Shown one piece after another: positions 1 through 7,981 of a stretch of 64,000 nt of DNA. The translations under genes and the position numbers were made by a program. Below the pieces are notes generated by a model. The model saw nothing but the letters and a program-made list of their open reading frames with translations. It had not been told where the DNA came from and ran no database searches. Position 1 is the first letter of the stretch. Every line of letters begins with the position of its first letter. Source of the stretch: an uncultured bacterium (GTDB lineage Bacteria; Muiribacteriota; Ozemobacteria; Ozemobacterales; Ozemobacteraceae). The stretch spans positions 6,414-70,413 of the forward strand of contig CAZADH010000003.1 of NCBI GenBank assembly GCA_964483805.1, read 5' to 3'.

Positions 1-62
1 TTCTGTCGGTCGTTTCCTCGACGTTCACGCCTGATCGAGCCATAAACAGACACGGTCTAAAC

Positions 63-97
63 AGAAACCCCGCGGCGTTGTCGCCGCGGGGTTTCTG
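63..97. terminator. GC-rich hairpin (gaaaccccgcggcg-ttgt-cgccgcggggtttc) with T-rich flanks; bidirectional rho-independent terminator
   Basis: Perfect 14-bp inverted repeat followed by tttctgatttc on the plus strand and a T-run on the minus strand; lies just downstream of the minus-strand gene ending at 129. Confidence 0.7.
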
Positions 98-128
98 ATT
101 TCGGGTCACACCAACCCGGAGCCTGGCG

Positions 129-1889
129 TCAGTCCTCGGTTCCCCAGTCCTGCACCTTGAGCATCTCGATCTCGGCATCGTTTTCTTCGGGCGGCGCAAT
201 GCGTGCCATCGGTGTTGCCGTGTTGTCCTGTTCATCATCGGGGAAGGTGATTCGCGGTTCGTCGGAAGTTACCGGCGACGAGATGGCGAGCCCCGCGGCG
301 GCATTATTGGCGGCGGGTTTTCTCGCCGGAGCTCTCGCAATGCTGCTCGGTTGCCGCAGATCGTCGAGCAACGGCGCCAATTCGCCGGCCTCCGACGTCA
401 AAATATCCATTTCATCGGGACGAAACTCTTTGCCTGTGGCGACCACGTCGCCCTCGGGTTTCGCGTCGGCTTCGGCGTACAGTGTCTGGACCTCGCCCCC
501 CGGCGACTCGAGCGATTGTGGACTCTTGGCCGACAGCATCGGTGCCGCCGACCGCGCTGGAGCGGGATTGGCCCCGAGCAGGAACAACGGCAGGCGATCG
601 CGGACCGCGTCGCGGCGCGCCGCAGCGGCCATCTGACCGGCATCGTTGCCCTGTTCTTTCAGAACCGGCTCGGTGGCCCGTTGCGCCCGCGCCACGGTCG
701 AACGCAGGGTCGTCACCGCTTCTTTTCCGCGCAGGAACAGGCCGTAGATTTGATTGTGGGCGTAAGCCAGCATCTGGGGCAGATCCTTGGCCGACTCATC
801 GATCGGCTGTTGGTACCGCAGGGTCTCGGTCATTTTGTCGGCCGCCGTCTGCATCACCTGTTGGTGGCGCTCGGCCGCGTTGCGCAAGTGCGCGTCGGCG
901 AGCTTCAGCACGTTACCGATGCTCTTGAGCGCACTGTCGACCTGCGTCGTCTGCGCGAAAATCTTCTCGCGCGCCGGCACCGGCAGGTTCACCAACGGGT
1001 ACTGTTTGTAGGCAAAGTGATCGCTGAAGCGCAGGGTTTGCTGGATGGTGGTGCGCATCTGCGCGAGGCCGGTGCGCCCCTGTTCCGCGGCGGTCTGCAC
1101 GTTGAGCAACATCCCACGGGTGGCTTCGTTCTCGGCCTTGATCTGGCCCATCAGTTGTTTCGAGGCTCCCAACAGAACATCCACAGCGCCAACCTTCAGC
1201 GCCGGAATCAACTCGATGGTCTGTGCCGTCTCGCCCACCAACGACGCCAGTCCCTCGGTTGCGGCCAAACCCGCACGTGTCTGCACCGCCAACGCCCCGA
1301 ACCCCTGATGAATCTGGCCGATCGTCTGGTCGATCTTCGCAAGCGTCTCTTCCTGGGGTGCCGCGATGCTCTGACTCAGTTGCCGGGTCATGACCAGGAG
1401 CTGACCGACTCCGGTCCGCAGTTGCTCGTAGGTCGTGATTCCCGTCTTCAGGGATTCGCGCGACAATTGTGTGTCGAGCGTGAACAACTTGGCGGCTATT
1501 TCGCCCAGTTTGCGGCTGCCCGCCCGCGCCCCGATCGACCGCGCGGGCGCCTGTAATGCCGCTCGGGCCGCGCTCCAACGGGCTTCGACCGCCGTCCGCA
1601 GGTCAGAACGCACGGCTCCGTCTTCGGTCGGTTGTTCGGCTGAGGTAACCGCGTTTTTGAAGAATTCGGGCAGCGCTGTCCCGGATGAACCAGCCCGAGC
1701 CGACACCGGGGGCATCTTGTCGAGCGCCACGGTCTGACGCTCTTTGCCCTTGGGCGTCTGCAGCCATTCGCGCAATCCAGCCTCGGCAGGACTGACAGAC
1801 AGACCCATCCACACGCTCACGAACAACGCACACGGCCACACTCTCTTGCTCACCGGAGCAGACGTGACCGATTGCCGGGTGCAACTCAT
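129..1889 (-). CDS. Hypothetical secreted protein with long alpha-helical/coiled-coil regions
   Basis: Long ORF; chose the internal ATG at 1887-1889 (MSCTRQ...) because a perfect AAGGAGG lies 5 nt upstream and a signal-peptide-like hydrophobic stretch follows; no recognisable catalytic motifs. Confidence 0.55.
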   Translation of the reverse strand: MSCTRQSVTSAPVSKRVWPCALFVSVWMGLSVSPAEAGLREWLQTPKGKERQTVALDKMPPVSARAGSSGTALPEFFKNAVTSAEQPTEDGAVRSDLRTAVEARWSAARAALQAPARSIGARAGSRKLGEIAAKLFTLDTQLSRESLKTGITTYEQLRTGVGQLLVMTRQLSQSIAAPQEETLAKIDQTIGQIHQGFGALAVQTRAGLAATEGLASLVGETAQTIELIPALKVGAVDVLLGASKQLMGQIKAENEATRGMLLNVQTAAEQGRTGLAQMRTTIQQTLRFSDHFAYKQYPLVNLPVPAREKIFAQTTQVDSALKSIGNVLKLADAHLRNAAERHQQVMQTAADKMTETLRYQQPIDESAKDLPQMLAYAHNQIYGLFLRGKEAVTTLRSTVARAQRATEPVLKEQGNDAGQMAAAARRDAVRDRLPLFLLGANPAPARSAAPMLSAKSPQSLESPGGEVQTLYAEADAKPEGDVVATGKEFRPDEMDILTSEAGELAPLLDDLRQPSSIARAPARKPAANNAAAGLAISSPVTSDEPRITFPDDEQDNTATPMARIAPPEENDAEIEMLKVQDWGTED

Positions 1890-2013
1890 GGCAGCCTCCT
1901 TAAAGGCAAACACATCTTTTGCCCTTAACATCGGCAACCTTCTGAAAACCTTTGAATCACTCGTTCCGTTTGCCGGTCGCCCACTGCCGGGGCCGCCGTA
2001 GTAGAATCCAGGC

Positions 2014-4260
2014 GTGAACACTCCCGACCAACCCCCTGTTCGAGCAGCGATGTGGCTGGAAACCACGGTTGCTGGCCTCGGCGCGTTCCTGTTGTTTCTC
2101 GTGCAACCCTGGATCGGCAAACAGCTTTTGCCGTGGTGGGGTGGCAGTTACGCGACCTGGGCCATTACCATGGCGTTCTTCCAGGTGACCGTCTTGGGCG
2201 GCTACCTGCTCGCCCATCTCGCCTTCGCCGGCGGGCCGACCCGCCTGCGCCTCAGTGGTCTGGCAGCGGCATTGGTCGCGTCGGTCTTCTTTGTGTTCCG
2301 CAATCTGCAGCTCCCGCTGGCGACGCTCGAGGCCGTCCCACCGACCCTGGCGTCGCAGTGGTGGTTTCTGGCCTCTTTCCTCGGCGTTCCCGTCGTTTTG
2401 CTGGCGATGACCAGTCCGACGCTGCAAACGTGGCATGCATCGCGGTCGGGCCCGGGCACCGAGATCCCGTGGTCGTTGTATGCCGCATCCAATGCGGGTT
2501 CTTTCGCGGGACTTCTGGGCTACTGCTGGATTCTCGAGCCCTTTTTTGCCACCCAGGAAATCTGGCAGATCTGGTCGACGGGATACCTCGTGTGGGCCGT
2601 TTTGCTGCTCGCTGCCGCGCCGTGGCGAGCGAACGCCAGTAAGCCGCAGCAACCCGGCACCCCGTGGACGCTGCGCAGCGACTGGATCATGCCGGCCCTG
2701 GCCGGATCGGCCACGCTGACCGCCATAACCAACGCGCTCACCCAGGACGTGCCGCCGATTCCGCAGGTCTGGACGATCGCTCTGGCGGTCTATCTGACCA
2801 GTTACATCCTCGTGTTCAAGCCGGGTTGGTTCAACCTGTTTGCCTGGATGCAGCGCGCGCACTGGATCCTCGCCTTCTGTCTGGCGGTCACCGTGGCGGT
2901 GCATTGGCAACTGAACCTCGGCGCTGTCGTGCAATCGGCCTTGTTGCTGGCATTCTTGTTCGGCGCCAACGTGCTGGCGCACGGAGCGTTGGTCTGGCGC
3001 GCCCCGGAAGACCCGACGCAGATCACCCGGTTCTATCTCGCCATCGCGCTCGGCGGCGCTCTCGGCTCATCGCTCATGGCATTTTGTGCACCTGTTGTAT
3101 TTACAGGGCTCGGAGAACTGGCTCTGGTTCTGGTATTGACCGCCGCCGCCGTCTGGAACCAGACCCCGTGGCGCCGCGATCGCTCCGATCCGCTGGTGAC
3201 GGGTCGGATTGTCGGCGCCGTGCTGATCTTCGGCATCCTGCCGGCGGCGTTGGTGCCGTTCTATCCCCACACCCTGCCGTTCATCTATGTCGCCATGCTG
3301 GCGATGATGGTCTACGGCTTCGTCATGATGGCGCAACTGGCCGAGGTCGGGCGCAACCAGGCTCTGGTTTTGCTGATCGTGGCCGGGTGTTTCTGGATTC
3401 AGGATGCACTGATCGTTCCGGGGAACCTGCGCCTGGCTGCCCGCACGTATTATGGCCTCTATCGCGTGTTTGACCGCGATGATGTCCGCTATCTTCGGGT
3501 CGGATCGGTGTTTCATGGGCACGAGATTCTGGCGGGTGCCGATCGCCGCAAACCGCTGTTTTACTATCACGAGAAGACGCCGATCGGCAGTTTCTTCGCG
3601 CGCCCCGAGGCAACCTGGACCCGCGCCGGCATTGTCGGCTTGGGCGCGGGGGTGCTCGCTGCGTATGGCCGGACGGGTCAGGCAATCGACTTCTATGAAC
3701 TGGACCCGACCGTGGTCAGCATTGCCCGGACCCACTTCAGTTACCTGGCCAGCGCCACAGCCAGTGTCTCGTGCATCATCGGTGATGGCCGTCTGCAATT
3801 GCGCCGGCAGCCGAGTCATACATACGATATATTGCTACTTGATTGTTTCAACAGTGACGCGGTGCCGGTGCATCTTCTCACCCGCGATGCCATCAAAGAA
3901 TATGTGCGCGTCATCCGTGCCGACGGCATCGCCCTCTTTCACGTGTCGAACTCGACCTTCAATCTTGCTCCCCTGGTGCATGCAGCCGCCCGCGATCTCG
4001 GCCTGATCAGCCGCCAGGCCCAGAACCCCGCCGAAACCACGCCGCGGGCCGCAACCACGCGCTGGGTCGCCCTCGGCACGCCAGCGGGGATCGAGCGTCA
4101 CCTGGGGAATCTCGTTAACTGGCGTGAACCCGAGGCACGCGCGCTGCTGCTCCCGGCCTGGACCGATCAACACTCGAGCCTGCTGTCGGTCTGGCCGCCG
4201 GACCTGTCGTTGCTGGTGGCGTCACGCAGTGCATTGACGGCCAAGCCGCTTGACGATTGA
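2014..4260 (+). CDS. Fused polytopic membrane domain / spermidine synthase-like (PABS) methyltransferase-fold protein
   Basis: 748-aa ORF. N-terminal ~480 aa is highly hydrophobic (many predicted TM helices). C-terminal region has spermidine-synthase-like motifs (GLGAGVLAAY...DFYELDP...DILLLDCFNSD). Start is GTG 2014 or ATG 2050. Confidence 0.7.
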   Translation: MNTPDQPPVRAAMWLETTVAGLGAFLLFLVQPWIGKQLLPWWGGSYATWAITMAFFQVTVLGGYLLAHLAFAGGPTRLRLSGLAAALVASVFFVFRNLQLPLATLEAVPPTLASQWWFLASFLGVPVVLLAMTSPTLQTWHASRSGPGTEIPWSLYAASNAGSFAGLLGYCWILEPFFATQEIWQIWSTGYLVWAVLLLAAAPWRANASKPQQPGTPWTLRSDWIMPALAGSATLTAITNALTQDVPPIPQVWTIALAVYLTSYILVFKPGWFNLFAWMQRAHWILAFCLAVTVAVHWQLNLGAVVQSALLLAFLFGANVLAHGALVWRAPEDPTQITRFYLAIALGGALGSSLMAFCAPVVFTGLGELALVLVLTAAAVWNQTPWRRDRSDPLVTGRIVGAVLIFGILPAALVPFYPHTLPFIYVAMLAMMVYGFVMMAQLAEVGRNQALVLLIVAGCFWIQDALIVPGNLRLAARTYYGLYRVFDRDDVRYLRVGSVFHGHEILAGADRRKPLFYYHEKTPIGSFFARPEATWTRAGIVGLGAGVLAAYGRTGQAIDFYELDPTVVSIARTHFSYLASATASVSCIIGDGRLQLRRQPSHTYDILLLDCFNSDAVPVHLLTRDAIKEYVRVIRADGIALFHVSNSTFNLAPLVHAAARDLGLISRQAQNPAETTPRAATTRWVALGTPAGIERHLGNLVNWREPEARALLLPAWTDQHSSLLSVWPPDLSLLVASRSALTAKPLDD

Positions 4261-4285
4261 GGCCCCAGGAGTGACCTGGGGCCTC
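4261..4285 (+). terminator. Hairpin ggccccagg-agtga-cctggggcc immediately after stop of the 2014..4260 gene
   Basis: Perfect 9-bp stem directly downstream of the stop codon. Confidence 0.55.
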
Positions 4286-4305
4286 ATCGCGGGAGTCGCA
4301 TTACC

Positions 4306-4363
4306 CAGAGGCGACAATCGGATTTGAACCGATGAGTGACGGTTTTGCAGACCGTTGCCTTAC
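4306..4363 (-). repeat. 58-bp direct repeat identical to the 3' part of tRNA-Cys (anticodon stem to acceptor 3' end plus 3 nt): putative attachment-site duplication (island left end)
   Basis: Sequence cagaggcgacaatcggatttgaaccgatgagtgacggttttgcagaccgttgccttac is identical to 20635..20692 inside and just 3' of the intact tRNA-Cys gene; the 5' part of the tRNA is absent here. Confidence 0.8.
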
Positions 4364-4416
4364 TACGTCCCTGGAGCGCCGCTCCATTAGCGACTTTCAA
4401 TGGTTGCACAGAATAC

Positions 4417-4463
4417 ATCGTATGGATGTCGATCGTGGTGGTCGAACGCGACTGCTCCACAGA
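4417..4463. promoter_or_regulatory. Copy 1 of a ~48-bp conserved element (…cgtatggatgtcgatcgtggtggtcgaacgcgactgctccaca…) upstream of hicAB
   Basis: About 85% identical to 5161..5210, which sits upstream of the vapBC-like pair; a sigma70-like -35/-10 (TTGACG 4480-4485 / TAATAT 4501-4506) follows before the hicA ATG at 4516. Confidence 0.5.
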
Positions 4464-4515
4464 CTGCGTTCCAACGATCTTGACGGATATTACATTATTG
4501 TAATATCGTCCTATA

Positions 4516-4707
4516 ATGACAGGTAGGCAGGTCATCAAGATCCTCGAAGCTCATGGTTGGCGGCTGGCACGCATCCATGGCAGTCACCACGTCATGGTCA
4601 AGCCCGGCGCACCACGATCGGTCCCGGTGCCCGTGCATGGCACCGCCGACATCGGCAAGGACCTCTTGAAGCGCATCGAGCGGCAAACTGGAGTGAAACT
4701 GACATGA
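4516..4707 (+). CDS. hicA: HicA-family mRNA interferase toxin
   Basis: 63 aa; motif ...ILEAHGWRLARIHGSHHVMVKPG... matches HicA (YcfA-like) toxins; ATGA overlap with the downstream antitoxin. Confidence 0.8.
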   Translation: MTGRQVIKILEAHGWRLARIHGSHHVMVKPGAPRSVPVPVHGTADIGKDLLKRIERQTGVKLT

Positions 4708-5117
4708 ACTTTTCTTACCCATTCACGATCAAACCTCAGAGCGACCGGGGTTACCTGGTTGAGTTCGTCGATATCGAAGAGGCCTTTACCGAAGGGCAAA
4801 CCATTGAGGAAGCGGTGTTCAACGCCCAAGAGGTCCTGACCGCCATTCTGGAGCAGCGCCTTGAAGACGGCGCCGATATCCCACTGCCATCGGCGGGAAA
4901 ATACAAGTACCGCACCACTCCATCGGCGTCAGTGCAGGCCGCCCTGCTGGTTCACAAGTCGCGCAACGGTACCAGCCTGGCTGACCTTGCCCGAGCGCTG
5001 GGCGCCTCCTGGCCGGTGGCGCAACGTCTCGAAAAACCCAAACACTCGCCAACCCTGCGGCAACTGGAACGGGCAGCAGCAGCATTGGGCAAGCGGCTCA
5101 TCCTGTCGTTTGAGTAG
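4704..5117 (+). CDS. hicB: HicB-family antitoxin (RNase-H-like N-domain + C-terminal HTH)
   Basis: 137 aa starting MNFSYPFTIKPQSDRGYLVEFVDIEEAFTEGQTIEEA... (typical HicB N-terminus); C-terminal helix-turn-helix-like segment; start codon overlaps the hicA stop. Confidence 0.7.
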   Translation: MNFSYPFTIKPQSDRGYLVEFVDIEEAFTEGQTIEEAVFNAQEVLTAILEQRLEDGADIPLPSAGKYKYRTTPSASVQAALLVHKSRNGTSLADLARALGASWPVAQRLEKPKHSPTLRQLERAAAALGKRLILSFE

Positions 5118-5160
5118 GTCGACAGCAGCGCCAGAAGTGGGTTCTCGCAGACCCAGAGCA

Positions 5161-5210
5161 TACGTCGTATGGATGACGTTCGTGGTGATCGAACGCGACT
5201 GCTCCACAAA
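5161..5210. promoter_or_regulatory. Copy 2 of the ~48-bp conserved element, upstream of the vapBC-like pair
   Basis: tacgtcgtatggatgacgttcgtggtgatcgaacgcgactgctccacaaa; paralogous to 4417..4463. Confidence 0.5.
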
Positions 5211-5345
5211 TTACCTCACGCAGGTGGGATCGTACCATGGGCGTGATCGACCGGCAACTGCTGGTATGTCTTGCTTCACTCCGACTTCGTCGTTGCTTTG
5301 TGCTATTATTACCGTGAGCCGGAATACGGCTGGAGGAGCACAGTC

Positions 5346-5570
5346 ATGTCGGCATTGACCCGCGAAATCGACCAGGAAATCTCGGCCCTGCCCGAGGAAC
5401 TCCAACGGCAGGTCCTCGACTACATCCGGCAACTGCGCACTCGGCGAATGCCCGGAGTCCCGGGGCCGCAGATGGTCCGGTTTGCCGGCATGTTTACGGC
5501 CGAAGAGGCCGACGCCATGTTGGCCGACATCAACGCCGCCTGCGGGCAGATCGACCATGGCGGCTGGTAG
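5346..5570 (+). CDS. Putative type II antitoxin (VapB-like) partnered with the PIN toxin
   Basis: 74 aa, acidic/helical; GGAGGAG RBS 8 nt upstream; 14-nt overlap with the downstream PIN-domain gene. Confidence 0.55.
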   Translation: MSALTREIDQEISALPEELQRQVLDYIRQLRTRRMPGVPGPQMVRFAGMFTAEEADAMLADINAACGQIDHGGW

Positions 5571-5973
5571 AGTTCTTCTCGACACCAACATCGCGATCCC
5601 TCTCCTCGCCAAGGATGCGGTCATCCTGCGCCGCCTGGAAGCCCCCATCGAGGTCTTCGTCCCCAGCATCGTCATCGGCGAGCTGTACTACGGCGCATTT
5701 CATTCGGCACGTGCCACCGAAAATGCACGGAAAATCAGCGAATTTGCTCTGTCCATGAAGGTGCTTGGTTGCGACATGCATTCAGCCCGGCTGTATGGTG
5801 AAATCAAAGCCGCGCTCCGCAGCATTGGGATGCCGATCCCCGAAAATGACCTTTGGATTGCCGCCGTGGCCCGACAGCACGAACTCACCCTCGTCACTCG
5901 CGACGCACACTTTGCCAAAGTGCCCAGTCTGTCCGTCGAGGACTGGTCGGTCGAGTCACCCGGCGGCACCTGA
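5557..5973 (+). CDS. vapC: PIN-domain ribonuclease toxin (VapC family)
   Basis: 138 aa; LLDTNIAIPLL...D...E...TRD pattern of PIN acidic residues; overlaps the upstream antitoxin gene. Confidence 0.75.
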   Translation: MAAGRVLLDTNIAIPLLAKDAVILRRLEAPIEVFVPSIVIGELYYGAFHSARATENARKISEFALSMKVLGCDMHSARLYGEIKAALRSIGMPIPENDLWIAAVARQHELTLVTRDAHFAKVPSLSVEDWSVESPGGT

Positions 5974-6063
5974 AGTCGCGGGGCGATCCCACGTTCATCT
6001 GGGTCCCTCGTCCATGCTTTTCACCATGTCGACGCCGCCCGGATGTAGTGGTTTGGGCACGGC

Positions 6064-6126
6064 CAAATTCGAGAAGCTCACCGTCAAATTCGATGAGCTG
6101 CCGAGCAAATTAGAGGAGCTCGTCGG
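6064..6126. repeat. Three tandem 21-bp repeats (CAAATTCGAGAAGCTCACCGT / CAAATTCGATGAGCTGCCGAG / CAAATTAGAGGAGCTCGTCGG)
   Basis: Direct inspection; two-helical-turn periodicity in the spacer between vapC and the next ORF. Confidence 0.6.
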
Positions 6127-6147
6127 CCAACCCTGAGGTGCTCGACA

Positions 6148-6438
6148 ATGGTGCGCCTGGTTCCAGGGGAGATTGAGTTCGAGGTTGATAACCCTGAGCT
6201 GCTGCCCAAGAAGTATGTGTTCCATGAAGTTCAGGAGTCGTTGAACCCACTCTGGGGCCGAATTGAACGGGCCCTGGAACGTGGCGAGGTAATCCCCGGT
6301 ATTCGACGGGTCCCCGCCACGCCGGTGGTCAAGATCACCAAGGTTGCAATACAATCGAGGTCAAAGTCAGCGGCGAATTCGGCCAAGAACAGGAGGTCGA
6401 AAGCATGCTTGCGCGCATCAAGAAGGTCTGGCTCGTAA
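6148..6438 (+). CDS. Hypothetical small protein
   Basis: 96-aa ORF with GAGGTG RBS; overlaps the start of the next ORF; no recognisable domain. Confidence 0.3.
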   Translation: MVRLVPGEIEFEVDNPELLPKKYVFHEVQESLNPLWGRIERALERGEVIPGIRRVPATPVVKITKVAIQSRSKSAANSAKNRRSKACLRASRRSGS

Positions 6439-7460
6439 CCACCTTCGTGGTTGTCGTGTTGGTCCCGGCGGGTATCGGTGAGTATCTCAGGTGGAATAGA
6501 AACCCTGACATGGCGACCAATGCGTTGGCGGCGGCCCAGAACCATTGGGCGGCCAAGAACTATGACGGAGCATTGGCGGTCTACGATTACGTGATCGCCA
6601 ACGACCTCGACGGGGTCGATGTGGCTGAGGCCAGCCGCTCTGCTCTGCTCGATCTGCGGTACTCGTGGTCGAGCACGCTGAAGAGCGGTGTGTCCGGCTA
6701 TGTGACGGGCGAGATCGAGGATGGTGCCTCGCTCGTTGGTTGCGTGGCCGCCGATCTCACGGTGGTGGGCGATGTCCGGGACCTGATCAAACAGGGTTAC
6801 CGGAAGCTCACCGGTGGCGAGGTCGATACGATCAATGCTGCCTTGTCGGCGGCGGGATTGGGGATGACCGTGCTGCCGGAGATCGGCGCCGGCATCTCGA
6901 TCTGCAAGCAGATGCTGAAGTTCATGAACCCAGCGGTGAAAGCCCGTCTGGTGAGGCTGATCGAAATGGCCAAGGAAGCCAAGAATGCGACGGATCTGGT
7001 GGCATTCGCCGAGGATATCGGCAAAGCCTACGGCAAGATCGGCACTGGCATCTTCGGGGTCCTGCGCTCTGCAGGTAACGCCGAGGAGCTAAGCACGATC
7101 CTGAAGGTCATCGAGGCCGGCGGCAAGAAGAGCTACGCTGTTCTGCTGATTGGCGGCAAGGCTGCGACCGAGTTCATGACCGAAGCGATGAAGCAGGGTG
7201 TGGCGCTGACCGGCACTGCCGGCAAGCACGCGTTACGCTTCGGTCTGCAGTACCCGAAACTGGGTGTGCGTTTGGCGAAGATCACCAAGACGGTCGGCTG
7301 GGACCACTTCGATGTGGCGGTGATCGCTGCGGCTGACCTGCTGGCGAAGTTGTCGTTGCAGACGACTTTGCTGGCCGGGTTGGCGGTGTGGCTGTGGTTC
7401 CATTGGCTTGACGTACTCGGGCTGATGGTATTCCGCAGCCGGAAACAAGCGGTGGCGTGA
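6405..7460 (+). CDS. Hypothetical membrane-anchored protein
   Basis: 351 aa; N-terminal TM helix (VWLVTTFVVVVLVPAGIG) and C-terminal hydrophobic helix; otherwise no recognisable motifs. Confidence 0.5.
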   Translation: MLARIKKVWLVTTFVVVVLVPAGIGEYLRWNRNPDMATNALAAAQNHWAAKNYDGALAVYDYVIANDLDGVDVAEASRSALLDLRYSWSSTLKSGVSGYVTGEIEDGASLVGCVAADLTVVGDVRDLIKQGYRKLTGGEVDTINAALSAAGLGMTVLPEIGAGISICKQMLKFMNPAVKARLVRLIEMAKEAKNATDLVAFAEDIGKAYGKIGTGIFGVLRSAGNAEELSTILKVIEAGGKKSYAVLLIGGKAATEFMTEAMKQGVALTGTAGKHALRFGLQYPKLGVRLAKITKTVGWDHFDVAVIAAADLLAKLSLQTTLLAGLAVWLWFHWLDVLGLMVFRSRKQAVA

Positions 7461-7483
7461 GCTGCCGCTTGGCAGTAAAGGAA

Positions 7484-7508
7484 GGCGGGTGATGGGCCCG
7501 CTTTTCTT
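7484..7508 (+). terminator. Possible rho-independent terminator (gcggg-tgatgg-cccgc + TTTTCTTT)
   Basis: Short GC stem followed by a T-run after the 6405..7460 gene. Confidence 0.35.
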
Positions 7509-7590
7509 TAGCGGTCGGTGCGGTTGGGAACGGACAAAGAGGGAACAACCTATGCCCTGGGCCCCGGGCTGGTGGGGCTTACCACAGCCC

Positions 7591-7887
7591 GTTACCTGGC
7601 ACCCCAAAAACAGGTAACGGAGGGCGACCCCACACCAAGCCGCACAAACAGAGGACAGAGAGCAGATAGAAATACATTATGTTACCTAAGTTACCTGTTT
7701 CCTGATGAGGGTGTCTACGTATGTGGGCTTCTGCGTGTGTCTCTTCACCCACCAAATACATGGTCATACACACGCACACGTGTATATACGGAGTGCCTCG
7801 TCGAAAAACAGGTAACATAGGTAACAGGGGGTGATGAAAATGTCGTTGAGTGGCTCTGGGAGCGAGGCTATGGCCGTTACCTGTCTG
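7591..7887. promoter_or_regulatory. ORF-free region A with clustered CAGGTAAC/GTTACCTG boxes, including palindrome GTTACCTG-N12-CAGGTAAC (7591..7618)
   Basis: Boxes at 7591-7598, 7611-7618, 7681-7687, 7690-7697, 7809-7816, 7820-7825 and 7876-7883; same box order and orientation as region B (11481..11905). Confidence 0.6.
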
Positions 7888-7981
7888 CAAAAAAACGATA
7901 GGAAATCAACGACCCGTGCAACGCATGGCATCCGACGTATTGCCTCAAAACCCTGGCGGGGACGTGCCAGCCTACCCACCG

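Noticed and set aside
351-1556. 401-aa plus-strand ORF (and several 100-220-aa ORFs) overlapping the 129..1889 minus-strand gene
   Set aside because: Arg/Pro/Gly-rich low-complexity translation typical of antisense frames in high-GC DNA; no RBS; the minus-strand frame has a signal peptide and a strong RBS
4512-4517. TATAAT hexamer as the -10 element of the hicA promoter
   Set aside because: It overlaps the hicA ATG (4516); a TTGACG (4480-4485) / TAATAT (4501-4506) pair upstream is better placed and would give a near-leaderless transcript
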